NCBI GenBank assembly: GCA_964291625.2 | Contig: OZ220089.1 | Span: 4,160,001 to 4,224,000, forward strand | From: Candidatus Latescibacterota bacterium | Lineage (GTDB): Bacteria; Latescibacterota; UBA2968; UBA8231 | Direction: 5' to 3' | DNA: 64,000 nt | In this document: piece by piece, positions 41,015 to 50,728 of the stretch | Numbering within the stretch: the stretch's first letter is position 1 | Layout of the letters: the number at the start of each line of letters is the position of its first letter | Program-made: the position numbers and the translations under genes | Notes under the pieces: generated by a model | Databases searched by the model: none | What the model saw: the letters and a program-made list of their open reading frames with translations, nothing else | What the model was told of the DNA's origin: nothing

Positions 41015-42553
41015 TTGCATCCGATGTACGCAGCCCTGATTGGCCGCACCCTCTTCGCCCTGATGGCAACGGGACTGGGCGCCTGCCAGGCACCCGAACC
41101 GCCGCCGCCGGACCCGGAGCGGGACCGCCTCCGCGCCCTCGGGAACAGCCGTTTCCGCCAGGCCCGGTACCGCGACGCGCTGGCCGCCTATCAGCAGGCG
41201 TTGGCCCTGGACCCACACTCGGCGCGGGCTCACCACGATCTTGCCACGGCCTACATGAAGCTGGGCCGCAGGGACTCGGCCGAGACCGCGTATATCACGG
41301 CCCTGCGCCTGGATTCCACCTTCGTTCGCGCCTACCACAATCTGGCCGTGGCCTACGGGGAGGAGGGACGCCACCCGGAAGGGGTGGCCCTGCTGGAGGA
41401 GGCCGTACGCATCGATCCGGGCGCGGCGCCCTCGTACCGGCTTCTGGCCGGCCTGCACCAGGAGCAGGGGGCGTACGACCGGGCCGAGGAGGTCCTGCTG
41501 CGGGCCGTGGCGGCCGATTCGGCCGATGGGGAGGCGTGGTCGAGCCTGGGCCGGCTCCTGCGGCTGCAGGGGCGCATGGCGGAAGCCGAGGAGATGCTCA
41601 AGCGCGCTGTCCGATTCGCTCCCGCCAACAGGGAAGCCCACCGGGAGCTCGGGGTGCTCTACACCTACGCGGAGCGCTACGCGGAGGCCGAGGGCATGCT
41701 GCGCCGGGCTCTCGAGATCGACCCGGGATGGCCCGAGGCGTACCACAGCCTGGCCCGACTCCACTCCGCCCGCGGACGCGTGGAGGAGGCGCGGATCCTG
41801 CTGGACCGCTTTGCCGAGCTGAACCGGCGGGCCTCCCAGGTGCGCGCCCTGGAGGAGCAGGTGAATCAGGCCGGCGGCGGCCTCGGCTCCTACCTGGCGG
41901 CGGGGCGCTCCTACGGCGAGCTCGGCCGCTGGGAGGAGGCCACCGGAATGTACCGGGCCGTCCTGGAGCGCGAGCCCGGCCATCTCAGGGCTCTGGCGGG
42001 GTTGAGCCATGCCCGCCTGAACCGGGGCGACCTGGAGGAGGCGGTGGCGCTGGCCCGTCGGGTGATCTCCCTGGCCCCCCGTCGGCGCGAGGCCTGCGAG
42101 GCGCACTACACCATCGGCTACGCCGCGGTGCGGAACCAGCGCCTGGACCGGGCGCGGCAGGCCTTCGAGCGGGCCCTGCAGGTGGACACGACCTTTGCCA
42201 AGGCGCACCACGCCCTGGGCAACGTGGCCATGCTCCAGGGGCGGCCGGCCGAGGCCGAGGGATGCTACCGGAGGGCGATCCGCCATCGGCCGGACTGGGC
42301 GGATCCCCTGCTGAGCCTCGGACAGCTCTACCTCCGCCGGGGGGACCATGACCGGGCGATCGGGATGCTGCAGGCCGCGCTGCGGCTGGACTCGACCAGC
42401 GCCAGGGCCTACCTCGCCCTGGGGGACGCCTGGGAGAAGCTGGGGAAGGCGGGTGCGGCCGAGGAGGCCTGGCGAGCGGCGGCCGCCCACTGGCGGGGAG
42501 GCGGGCGCCAGCTCGCGGCGATCGAGGCTCGGATCGCGCGGCTTTCCCCCTGA
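41015..42553 (+). CDS. Tetratricopeptide-repeat lipoprotein
   Basis: Lipobox LGAC followed by a Pro linker and many TPRs (YQQALALDPHSARAHHDLA; ALEIDPGWPEAYHSLA). Confidence 0.9.
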   Translation: MHPMYAALIGRTLFALMATGLGACQAPEPPPPDPERDRLRALGNSRFRQARYRDALAAYQQALALDPHSARAHHDLATAYMKLGRRDSAETAYITALRLDSTFVRAYHNLAVAYGEEGRHPEGVALLEEAVRIDPGAAPSYRLLAGLHQEQGAYDRAEEVLLRAVAADSADGEAWSSLGRLLRLQGRMAEAEEMLKRAVRFAPANREAHRELGVLYTYAERYAEAEGMLRRALEIDPGWPEAYHSLARLHSARGRVEEARILLDRFAELNRRASQVRALEEQVNQAGGGLGSYLAAGRSYGELGRWEEATGMYRAVLEREPGHLRALAGLSHARLNRGDLEEAVALARRVISLAPRRREACEAHYTIGYAAVRNQRLDRARQAFERALQVDTTFAKAHHALGNVAMLQGRPAEAEGCYRRAIRHRPDWADPLLSLGQLYLRRGDHDRAIGMLQAALRLDSTSARAYLALGDAWEKLGKAGAAEEAWRAAAAHWRGGGRQLAAIEARIARLSP

Positions 42554-42572
42554 GGGAGCGGGGCGTTTTTCC

Positions 42573-42602
42573 TTGTTGCCCTACGAGGCCGTCAACTACA
42601 TT
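42573..42602 (+). promoter_or_regulatory. Possible sigma-70-type promoter
   Basis: TTGTTG-N18-TACATT in an AT-richer patch upstream of the envelope locus. Confidence 0.3.
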
Positions 42603-42626
42603 CAGCGGATTGAGGCTCGCGACGAG

Positions 42627-42642
42627 GCCTGGGATCCCAGGC
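42627..42642. promoter_or_regulatory. Perfect 16-bp palindrome (candidate operator or hairpin)
   Basis: GCCTGGGATCCCAGGC is its own reverse complement. Confidence 0.4.
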
Positions 42643-42945
42643 TGTGCGGGCGTTCACGTGCGCCGGAGTTCGCTTCATGACTGTCCGCCGGGCCCCCTCG
42701 AGTCAGAGTACCCCCCACCAGGTGCGCACCGAGTGCCCGGGGCGTCCGCCCCCCGGAGGCGGACCAGGGCCCTGCTGCGCCGGATCACCCCCGCGGCGTC
42801 TGCCTGCACCCCGACGATCAGACCTGCACCCCGGCCTGGGGGCGTGCGGCCGAAGCCATTCACGATGTTCCCGCATCTCAACCCGATTCCCTGCGGTCCC
42901 AGAGAGCCTGGGGCCGGGGAATCAGCATTCGGAGGTTCTGCAGCA

Positions 42946-43878
42946 ATGAAGAGAGTCTCATTCGCCCTCTGCCTGACCGTGGGCCTCGCCGTTTCGGCCC
43001 GGGCTCACGTGCCGGAGGGCCAGGTTCTGCTCGCCTTCCAGTTCCCGGCGGGCGCGGAGCCCACCCTGGACGGGGATCTGTCCGAGTGGGCCGTGGTTCC
43101 CTCGGACTACTGGATCGGGCCGGAGCTCTACACGGCCCCGGACGGATCGCAGTGGACGGACCTGTCCGACATGAACAGCAAGGTCATCGTCGGTTACAGC
43201 GCCAGCACCGACCGTCTCTACATCCACCACGAGTACTTCGACGACTTCCGCAAGCGGGACTTCGCCAATCTCCCGCCGGTGGCGGGCCTGTTCGGTGACG
43301 AACAGAACCTGCCCGACACCTTCGAGATCCAGGTCGACGGGGACCACGGCGGCGAAGACTCCTGGTTCGACCCGGCGGAACAGCCGGAGAACGGCTCGCG
43401 CTGGGCCCAGAATACCCACTTCCGCATCCCGGATCTGGATCCTTCTGTGGAGAACGTGAACGATGAGAAGACGGCATGGGCCTGGTACTGGCAGAGCCAG
43501 GCTACCTGGACCGGCAACCTGCCGTGGGCGACCAGTGGGTATTCGTCGGATGTCGTCGAGCTCAACGCCCCCGACGTCAACGGCCAGGCGGAGTGGATGT
43601 TCACGGCGTGGGACAACCTGCAGTGGGATGACCCGGACGCCAGCGTGGTGCACGACATGGTAGAAGGCCAGATCATCGGCATGAACTGGCAGATCTCCGA
43701 CTACGACAACCTGGAGGACAACTCGAAGGAAGACTGGCTCCTGAACGGCCAGGCCACCATCTGGCAGACCTCGTCGGTAGCCACCGACTTCCTCCTGGCT
43801 CCGGTGGAGGATGTCGAGTTCGGCACCGCCGTCGAAGCCAGGAGCTGGGGCCGCGTCAAGGCTGCCTTCACCGAGTAG
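42946..43878 (+). CDS. Secreted acidic CBM9/DOMON-like protein with C-terminal 'TAVEARSWGRVKAAF' tail
   Basis: RBS GGAGG, signal peptide MKRVSFALCLTVGLAVSARA, PTLDGDLSEW, DTFEIQVDGDHGG, GQIIGMNWQISDYD (CBM9-like hallmarks). Confidence 0.8.
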   Translation: MKRVSFALCLTVGLAVSARAHVPEGQVLLAFQFPAGAEPTLDGDLSEWAVVPSDYWIGPELYTAPDGSQWTDLSDMNSKVIVGYSASTDRLYIHHEYFDDFRKRDFANLPPVAGLFGDEQNLPDTFEIQVDGDHGGEDSWFDPAEQPENGSRWAQNTHFRIPDLDPSVENVNDEKTAWAWYWQSQATWTGNLPWATSGYSSDVVELNAPDVNGQAEWMFTAWDNLQWDDPDASVVHDMVEGQIIGMNWQISDYDNLEDNSKEDWLLNGQATIWQTSSVATDFLLAPVEDVEFGTAVEARSWGRVKAAFTE

Positions 43879-43884
43879 AGCAGG

Positions 43885-43909
43885 CGGCGGCGGGCCGATC
43901 TCGCCGCCG
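43885..43909 (+). terminator. GC-rich stem-loop after the SWGxVK gene (terminator or mRNA-stabilising hairpin)
   Basis: CGGCGGCGGG-CCGAT-CTCGCCGCCG forms a 10-bp stem with one G-U pair. There is no U-tract. Confidence 0.45.
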
Positions 43910-44024
43910 GCGATCAGGCTCATGGCACGAAGGAAGGGGGGATGTGGCTTCACATCCCCCCTTCACTGAATCAGCCCCACGGTGCAGGCCGGGTCTGTGC
44001 CGCACACGACAAGAGGGTGACATC

Positions 44025-45989
44025 TTGCCAGCAGGGCGATTGGCCAGCCTGCTCTTCTGCCAGTTGGCGGGCGCGGGGATGTGGGGCCCCGCGGAGGCGG
44101 TGACGATCTACCGGCTGGGCGGCGAGGACCACGCCAGCTTCCCCTTGCCTCCCGAGGTGGCGGACGGCCGCGCCGGGTTCGAGCAGTTGAGCTGGAGGGG
44201 CGTGGATCCCGCCCGGGCCGGCGTCTCCGACAACGTCAACCTGGATGGAGCCCTGGTCCCTTTCTACCACGGCAGCGACGAGAACATCCTGGCCGCGGCG
44301 GGAGAGCGTGGCGGCTTCCTGAGGACCGAGCGTTACACGGGCTATGGCCACGATCCGGACCTGGACGTGGTCGCCGATGGGGACTTCACCACCTTCGTCC
44401 TGAGGCATATTTCGTCGGTGGATTACAGTCCGGCTTCCGGCACCCACGGCTTGACCCTGTACTTCGATCTGGGCGGCCTGTTCCCGGTGAACCGGGTGCG
44501 CGTGTCGCCGCGCCCCGGCTCCACCCACTACATCGAGCACATCGCCATCGCCGCCGGCAGCGGCGAACCCCACGGGGGAACGCCGAACCGGTCCCACCTG
44601 GAATTCCACAGAAAGCTCGTCCGGGAAACGCCGTTTGACTTCGATCTGGTGGCGGAGATCACCCAGAACAAGAACCCGGTGGTGGAGATCCCCCTGGACC
44701 GGACGCCGGTGCGGCAGCTGGCGCTGTGGGTGGACCCGTTTCAGCGGGAGCCATGGGAGATTGCGGAGGTGGAGGTCTTCGCCGAGGGGTATGTGCCGTT
44801 CGCCGGCTATACCTCGAACACCATTCCCCTGGGCGCCCCCTCCAGCCTGGGGAGGGTGCGCTGGTCGGGCCGCCAGGACGAGTCGGCCCGGGTATCGATC
44901 CGCAGCCGCGGCGGCGACGATCCGGACCCGTCCCGGTACTGGCGGCGGACCTTCCGGTCCGACGAGGAGGTGCCGTACGGCGCGGACGGATCGACGCTGA
45001 CCCGGGACCAGTACGACAAGCTGGAGGGGAAGGAGAAGGGCCGCATCACCCACGACGCCGCAAACTGGGAGCTGTGGTCGGCGCCGTATCCCTTCGGCGA
45101 CAGTCTGGGGGTGGCGATGGTGGCGCCGAGGCCGCGCACCTACGTGCAGTTCTCGATCGACTTCGCCAGTGACTTCCTCGCCGGCGGGCAGGTCGATTAC
45201 CTGGAGTTCGCGGTATCGTCGCCGCCGGCGGCGACGGACCTGGTGGGGGAGGTCGATCCCTGGCGGGCCGAGGCCTCGGAGCCGACGGAGTTCACCTGCG
45301 CCGTGCGGCCGACCCTGTCGCTGCAGGACCGGGGATTCGACAGCCTGGAGCTGCGGTTCCAGGGCGGCCGGGTGGAGGAGGTGACCGGGGTCGAGGCGGC
45401 GGGAGCGGCCGTGGCCTTCACCGAGGTGGACAGCCTGCGCACCGACGACCGGGTGGTCGTGAGCTTCCCCCGGCTGGGAGTGAACGAGAGCGGCGAGCTG
45501 CTGCGGGTGAGGCTCCGGGGCGAGGCCTACCGCTACGCGGCGACCTTCCAGGTCCGGGTCTTCGACAGCGAGGCACCGGAGGAGGTCTGGCAACCGGTGA
45601 GGGCCGGCGACGCCACCGACGCCCTGGACGGCAACCGTCTGTCGGTGGAAGCCCTGGCCCTGGGGGCGTCGACGGTGGGGGGGCTGCAGGTCGAGCCGGC
45701 CGCCTTCACCCCCAACGGGGACGGGATCAACGACGAGGTGGCGATCCGCTACGACCTGCTGAAGCTGACCGAGGACCGGCGGGTGCGGGTGCGGGTGTGG
45801 GATCTGGCGGGCCGGCTGGTGCGGGACCTGTATGACGGGCGGGACCGTTCGGGGCGCTACGTCCAGCCCTGGGACGGCCGCGACGGCCGCGGCCGGCGGG
45901 TGCCGCCGGGACTCTATCTGTGCCGCGTCGCCGTCGACCGGGAAGGGGGCCGCGACGGCGAGACCCGCCTGATCGCGGTGGCGTACTGA
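44025..45989 (+). CDS. Secreted discoidin(F5/8C)-like + FlgD-Ig/CHU_C C-terminal domain protein (paralog 1); start uncertain
   Basis: VADGDFTTF...FDLGGLFPVNRVRVSPR, then FTPNGDGINDE...WDGRDGRGRRVPPGLY, ending IAVAY. Confidence 0.8.
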   Translation: MPAGRLASLLFCQLAGAGMWGPAEAVTIYRLGGEDHASFPLPPEVADGRAGFEQLSWRGVDPARAGVSDNVNLDGALVPFYHGSDENILAAAGERGGFLRTERYTGYGHDPDLDVVADGDFTTFVLRHISSVDYSPASGTHGLTLYFDLGGLFPVNRVRVSPRPGSTHYIEHIAIAAGSGEPHGGTPNRSHLEFHRKLVRETPFDFDLVAEITQNKNPVVEIPLDRTPVRQLALWVDPFQREPWEIAEVEVFAEGYVPFAGYTSNTIPLGAPSSLGRVRWSGRQDESARVSIRSRGGDDPDPSRYWRRTFRSDEEVPYGADGSTLTRDQYDKLEGKEKGRITHDAANWELWSAPYPFGDSLGVAMVAPRPRTYVQFSIDFASDFLAGGQVDYLEFAVSSPPAATDLVGEVDPWRAEASEPTEFTCAVRPTLSLQDRGFDSLELRFQGGRVEEVTGVEAAGAAVAFTEVDSLRTDDRVVVSFPRLGVNESGELLRVRLRGEAYRYAATFQVRVFDSEAPEEVWQPVRAGDATDALDGNRLSVEALALGASTVGGLQVEPAAFTPNGDGINDEVAIRYDLLKLTEDRRVRVRVWDLAGRLVRDLYDGRDRSGRYVQPWDGRDGRGRRVPPGLYLCRVAVDREGGRDGETRLIAVAY

Positions 45990-46000
45990 GGCGCGGCCAC

Positions 46001-48526
46001 ATGAACGGCAGGATCGGCGCGGCGCTGGTTGTCGGGGTCCTCTGGGGGAGTGCGGTCTGGGGCCAGGCGTACCTGCTCCGCGGCAACCAGATCGTGGTGG
46101 AGGGCCGCCACCTGAAGACCTGGGAGTACCCCGTGGGCACGATCGAGTTCCCGGCCCCGACGGCCGCCGCCCGGCCGCACTTCGTGGCCAAGGACATCGA
46201 CGCCACCCGCGACATCGTCGAGCACCTGCGGCGGCATCCGCCCCCGGGAGTCGAGGCCCAGGACCTCGACTTCCTGCACGCCGTGAGGGCCGGCACCAAT
46301 GCCGCCGGGGTAGCCAACCTCGTCGACGGGGATCCGGCCACGTACTGGCAGCCCGACCCGGACCAGCCGCTGCGCGACTGGTGGTTCGAGCTGGACCTGG
46401 GGCGGGTCGTCTCCGCGACCCGCATCCTCCTGACCTTCGTGGACGAGGATCTCGGGGATCCCTTTCTCCAGTATACCCTTCTGACCTCGGACGGCGAGCG
46501 TCCCGAGCAGGGCCTGCGGGACGTCAGGAGCTTCGTCGTCGCCTACGCGTCGCCGGGCGCCAACAAGAGCCGGCGCGTCTTCGAAATCGAGGTGAAACCT
46601 TCGGGAGACTCCCGGGATTCCGCGTGGCGGGGAGACGAGATCCGGTACGTGCAGCTCGTGGTGACGGAAAGCGACTCGGTCCGCGGCGCCGAGGTATCGG
46701 GCGCCGTCTACGACGCCCTGGAGCCGGCCCGCCGGGGGACGGTGGACTACTACAAGAAGGTGGCCGATGGGAGCATCCGGGTCGAGCGGGAGGTCTACGA
46801 GGCGATCGACCCCCGGTTGCGCGGCGAGGTCCGCTACTTCCGCCGCGAGCGTCCTCGTCTGGCCGGGATGGAAGTGCGGACGATCGGCGAGAACATCGCC
46901 CTGGGGTTGACGGCCCGCCGGGGGGTGGCGCTGAAGATCGAGACCGATACCACCGCGGTCACCGGCCTGGTGGACGGCCTGTATGAGACGACGGTCCTGA
47001 CCACGGTCCGCACCCCCGCCCTGCGCTTCTTCTACTTCGACCTCGGCGCCCACTACTGGGTGGATCGAGTGCAGATGTTCTTCCAGAACAAGGGCTTTCA
47101 GGGACCGATCACCGAGTACGAAGTCAGGACCTCGGACGGGAGCCGGACGCCCGACGGAAACCTGGCCTGGACCAGCCAGGCCCTCGGGGGCCGGGACGGC
47201 ATGGACTACCACGCCAAGGCCTTCGCGCCCACGGTCGCCCGCTACATCAGCATTCCCTACTCCGGCGGCATGGCGGGAGGCCAGGCGGACACGCGGGAGA
47301 TGCAGTTCTACGGTGAGGGATACCAGCCCCGGGTTTCGCTCACGTCCCCCCTGATCGCGCTGGACGGCGCCCGGACGCTGAGTTCGATCGAGTGGGAGGG
47401 CGAGACCCCTCCCGGGACCTCCATTGCCCTGCGCAGCCGGACCGGCAACCAGCTCGTCGATGTCCTCCGCTATCTCCAGCAGGACGGCAGCGAGATCACG
47501 GAGGAGCAGTACGACAAGCTGAACAAGTTCCAGAAGAAGGAAGTCGAGATCGTGACCGAGCAGGTGCCCGGGGGTGACTGGAGCGACTGGAGCGAGGAAT
47601 ACCGGGCCTCCGGGGCGCCCGTCACGTCGCCGAGCCCCCGGGAGTACCTCATGCTCCAGGCCTGGCTGACGACCGACCATCCGCACGAGGCCGCCTCCCT
47701 GCGGTCGATCCGGCTGAACTTCCTCGATCCCCTGGCCCGGCAGGCCCGGGGCGAGCTCGAGCCGGCCCTGGTGTCCGGGTTGGGCGCCGCCGACACCTTG
47801 TCCCTCTTCGTCAAGGCCGACTTCCTGCGCGACGGACCGGGAATGGACCAGATCCGCCTCTACGCTCCCGGCGTGGATCTGGACTTCCAGCTCCTCCGCA
47901 TGGGGCGGGAGTCCCAGTGGGAGGCCGGCCCGGCGGCCGAGCTGGGACCATCCGATCTGGAGCGGGTCCCGGCCGCCTCCGACTCGCTGTGGGTGCGCCT
48001 CGATTCGGCGGTGGGTCCCGAGGTCGACCTGATCGAAGTGCGGTTCACCGCGACCCTGTTCCGCCCCGGAGCCATCGTGCAGGCGGAACTGGGGAACTCC
48101 TCCGAGGCCGATCGATGGCAACGGGTGGACCCCGGCGACGCCACGGCCCTGGCCTCGAGTCAGGGGATGATGTTGCGGGGGTCCCTCGAAGCCGGGCGGG
48201 TGATTGGCCCGTTGAGGGTCAGCGCTCCGGTCCTGACCCCGAACGGGGACGGGATCAACGACGAGACCCGGTTCGAGTTCGCGGTGCTCCGCCTCGGCGG
48301 GCAGCGCGCGGTGAGGACCCGCCTCTACGATCTGGGCGGCGGCCTCGTGCGGGAGTGGGAGGAGCGGCGTCCCCTCGTGAGCGGGTCCTACGAGGTCCGC
48401 TGGTCCGGCGACGACCAGAGCGGCCGGCTGGTGCCTCCCGGGATCTATCTGCTGGAGATCGAGGTCGATGCGGACGCGGAGGTGTCGGGCCGCAAGGCGC
48501 ACCGCCTGGTCCATGTAGCGTATTGA
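46001..48526 (+). CDS. Secreted tandem discoidin-like + FlgD-Ig/CHU_C domain protein (paralog 2)
   Basis: Signal peptide, LVDGDPATYW...LDLGRVV and LVDG...FDLGAHYWVDRV, LTPNGDGINDE...WSGDDQSGRLVPPGIY, ending VHVAY. Confidence 0.82.
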   Translation: MNGRIGAALVVGVLWGSAVWGQAYLLRGNQIVVEGRHLKTWEYPVGTIEFPAPTAAARPHFVAKDIDATRDIVEHLRRHPPPGVEAQDLDFLHAVRAGTNAAGVANLVDGDPATYWQPDPDQPLRDWWFELDLGRVVSATRILLTFVDEDLGDPFLQYTLLTSDGERPEQGLRDVRSFVVAYASPGANKSRRVFEIEVKPSGDSRDSAWRGDEIRYVQLVVTESDSVRGAEVSGAVYDALEPARRGTVDYYKKVADGSIRVEREVYEAIDPRLRGEVRYFRRERPRLAGMEVRTIGENIALGLTARRGVALKIETDTTAVTGLVDGLYETTVLTTVRTPALRFFYFDLGAHYWVDRVQMFFQNKGFQGPITEYEVRTSDGSRTPDGNLAWTSQALGGRDGMDYHAKAFAPTVARYISIPYSGGMAGGQADTREMQFYGEGYQPRVSLTSPLIALDGARTLSSIEWEGETPPGTSIALRSRTGNQLVDVLRYLQQDGSEITEEQYDKLNKFQKKEVEIVTEQVPGGDWSDWSEEYRASGAPVTSPSPREYLMLQAWLTTDHPHEAASLRSIRLNFLDPLARQARGELEPALVSGLGAADTLSLFVKADFLRDGPGMDQIRLYAPGVDLDFQLLRMGRESQWEAGPAAELGPSDLERVPAASDSLWVRLDSAVGPEVDLIEVRFTATLFRPGAIVQAELGNSSEADRWQRVDPGDATALASSQGMMLRGSLEAGRVIGPLRVSAPVLTPNGDGINDETRFEFAVLRLGGQRAVRTRLYDLGGGLVREWEERRPLVSGSYEVRWSGDDQSGRLVPPGIYLLEIEVDADAEVSGRKAHRLVHVAY

Positions 48527-48540
48527 GCTGTCGAGCGGGA

Positions 48541-50715
48541 ATGCAGCGGATCAGCCTCGGCCTGGCCATGGCCGCCACACTGTGCCTGGTGGCCCGCGAT
48601 CTGGCTGCCGAGAGCCGGACCCTGGGCGGCGCCGGCGATCGACCCTGGAACGGCGGCGGCGGAGAGATCCCGGCCGCGGTGCAGACCAGCGTCGACGGGG
48701 CCGCGGTCACCAACACTCCGGGCGATGTGGTGGACTTCGACTTTCCCGGCCGACCGGGCTGGATCTTCCCCGAGAGGGCCGACTCCACGAGGAATATCGC
48801 CGCCGAGGCCGCCCTGACCTCGCCGAACATCCTGACCGAGGGCATCGCCGAGGAACTGCTCCTGATGGTGGACGGCGATCTCGAGACCGCTTTCACCCAG
48901 AAGGGCGAACCAGGGGGGCCGCAGGTCCTCGCCTTCGGGGCCATGTTCGACGTCGACCTGGGGGCGCGCTTCGGGGTGAACCGGGTCCAGTTCTTTCCGA
49001 GGAACGCTCCGGGATTCGAGGCCCCCGGCTTTCCTTTCCAGAACGATTATCTGCGCGCCTACGAGCTCCTCGTCAACGACGGCAGCGAGAACTCCAGGGA
49101 CGAGTCCGGCAGGCCGGTGCTGACCACCTTCAAGCTGGAGCTGCAGAACGACCGGCCCGTGGTCGACCTGCGGATTCCCCCCCAGTACCTGCGCTTCCTG
49201 CGGCTGAAGTCGCAGACGGTCGTCGGCTTCGAGATCGCCGAGTTTCGGGTATTCGGGGCGGGGTTCGTGCCAGAGGCCCGGTACATCTCCAGTGTATTCG
49301 ACCTGGGGACCCGCTGGGGGGTGTGGGGCAAGATCCGGTGGATCGAGGAGACCCTGGGTCCCGAAGGGCTGGCCCGGGCCCGCATCACGACCCGGGCGGG
49401 GCATGACGATACGCCCCTGGAGTTCACCCGCCCCGGTCCGGATTCGGAGGACATCCCCTGGCAGCGGGGAGCGGTGGCCACCACGGCCGAGGGGGAGGAG
49501 ATCGCCCTGGACGATCTCGAGCCCCTCGAAGCCCTGCGGGCCTACCGCGCCCTGCCCCTGGCGGAGAAGAACCGGGTGGCCCTGAGCCTGGAGGAGTATC
49601 TCGGCCTGAAGCCACGGGGCCGGATCCGCGACGATCCGGACGCCTGGACCCCGTGGTCGGCTCCGTATGGGCCGGAAGGCAGCCGCGGCATCACGACGGA
49701 GAATATCGATGACGAGCGCCTCGGGGCGGTCGTCACCACTCCGGGCCCACGGCGCTACTTCCAGGTCCGGGTGGAACTGTTGAGCCGGGACCTGGAGGCA
49801 GCCACCGGCATCGGGCAGCTGGCCTTCACGGTGCACCCCCCGGCGGCGGAGCGGATCGTCGGAGAGATCTACCCGCGCCAGGCCGGGCTGGCCGTGGCCG
49901 AGACGTTCACCTACGCGGCCATGCCCACCCGCATACGGCCGGGCCGGGACAGCGGCTTCGACACCTTCGAGATCGCCACGCCGGTCCGCGTCGAGGCGAT
50001 CGAGACGGTGCAGGTCCGCTTCCACGACGGCCGCACCGAGGCGGCGGATTTCTCGGGTCGGGATCTGGGCCCGTCGGCGTTGCCCACCGATCCGGCCGCC
50101 GACTTCGGCATCGAGCTGGTGGAGGAACGGCGGTTCCGGGTCCGCTTCCCGGCCATCACGAGGAGCGACCTCGAGGCCGGCGAGACCGCCGTCCTGACGA
50201 TCCGGTTCCGCTGCCGCGTCCTCCGCTACGGGACGACCTTTCCCGGGTGGGCCGGCCGCACCGGCAGCGGCAGCGCCGGCCAGAAGATCCTCGCCGGCAA
50301 CGCCGCCCACCTCGGTCCCGGGGACCCCGCCTTTCCTCCCCTGGGCACGGCGGACCCGCGGGTCCTGTCGGTGGACGTTCCCCTCGCGGGCGGCGGCGTC
50401 CTGATCAACGCCCGGGTGTGGCCGCGGCCCTTCAGCCCCAACGGCGACGGGGTCAACGACGGGACCCGCGTCTCCTACGACCTGTCCCGCGTCATCGGTC
50501 CCGTGGCCGTGGAGGTGAGGATCCTCGACGTGGCGGGGCGCGTCGTTCGCCGCCTCTTCACCGGCGAGCAGGAGGGCGGGCACTGGTCGATGCCCTGGGA
50601 TGGGACCGACGGCGGCGGTTCCCCGGTGCCGCCCGGGATCTACCTGGCCCACGTGGCGGTGAACAGCGCGGCCAGCGTCGAGACGGCGGCTGCCGTCGTC
50701 GAAGTGGCATACTGA
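48541..50715 (+). CDS. Secreted discoidin-like + FlgD-Ig/CHU_C domain protein (paralog 3)
   Basis: Signal peptide MQRISLGLAMAATLCLVA, MVDGDLETAF...DLGARFGVNRVQFFPR, FSPNGDGVND...WDGTDGGGSPVPPGIY, ending VEVAY. Confidence 0.82.
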   Translation: MQRISLGLAMAATLCLVARDLAAESRTLGGAGDRPWNGGGGEIPAAVQTSVDGAAVTNTPGDVVDFDFPGRPGWIFPERADSTRNIAAEAALTSPNILTEGIAEELLLMVDGDLETAFTQKGEPGGPQVLAFGAMFDVDLGARFGVNRVQFFPRNAPGFEAPGFPFQNDYLRAYELLVNDGSENSRDESGRPVLTTFKLELQNDRPVVDLRIPPQYLRFLRLKSQTVVGFEIAEFRVFGAGFVPEARYISSVFDLGTRWGVWGKIRWIEETLGPEGLARARITTRAGHDDTPLEFTRPGPDSEDIPWQRGAVATTAEGEEIALDDLEPLEALRAYRALPLAEKNRVALSLEEYLGLKPRGRIRDDPDAWTPWSAPYGPEGSRGITTENIDDERLGAVVTTPGPRRYFQVRVELLSRDLEAATGIGQLAFTVHPPAAERIVGEIYPRQAGLAVAETFTYAAMPTRIRPGRDSGFDTFEIATPVRVEAIETVQVRFHDGRTEAADFSGRDLGPSALPTDPAADFGIELVEERRFRVRFPAITRSDLEAGETAVLTIRFRCRVLRYGTTFPGWAGRTGSGSAGQKILAGNAAHLGPGDPAFPPLGTADPRVLSVDVPLAGGGVLINARVWPRPFSPNGDGVNDGTRVSYDLSRVIGPVAVEVRILDVAGRVVRRLFTGEQEGGHWSMPWDGTDGGGSPVPPGIYLAHVAVNSAASVETAAAVVEVAY

Positions 50716-50728
50716 GAGGAGGTCGACG

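Noticed and set aside
44025-50715. Flagellar hook-capping (flgD) or gliding-motility genes
   Set aside because: Only the C-terminal Ig-like domain resembles FlgD/CHU_C. There are no flagellar or gld genes in the window.
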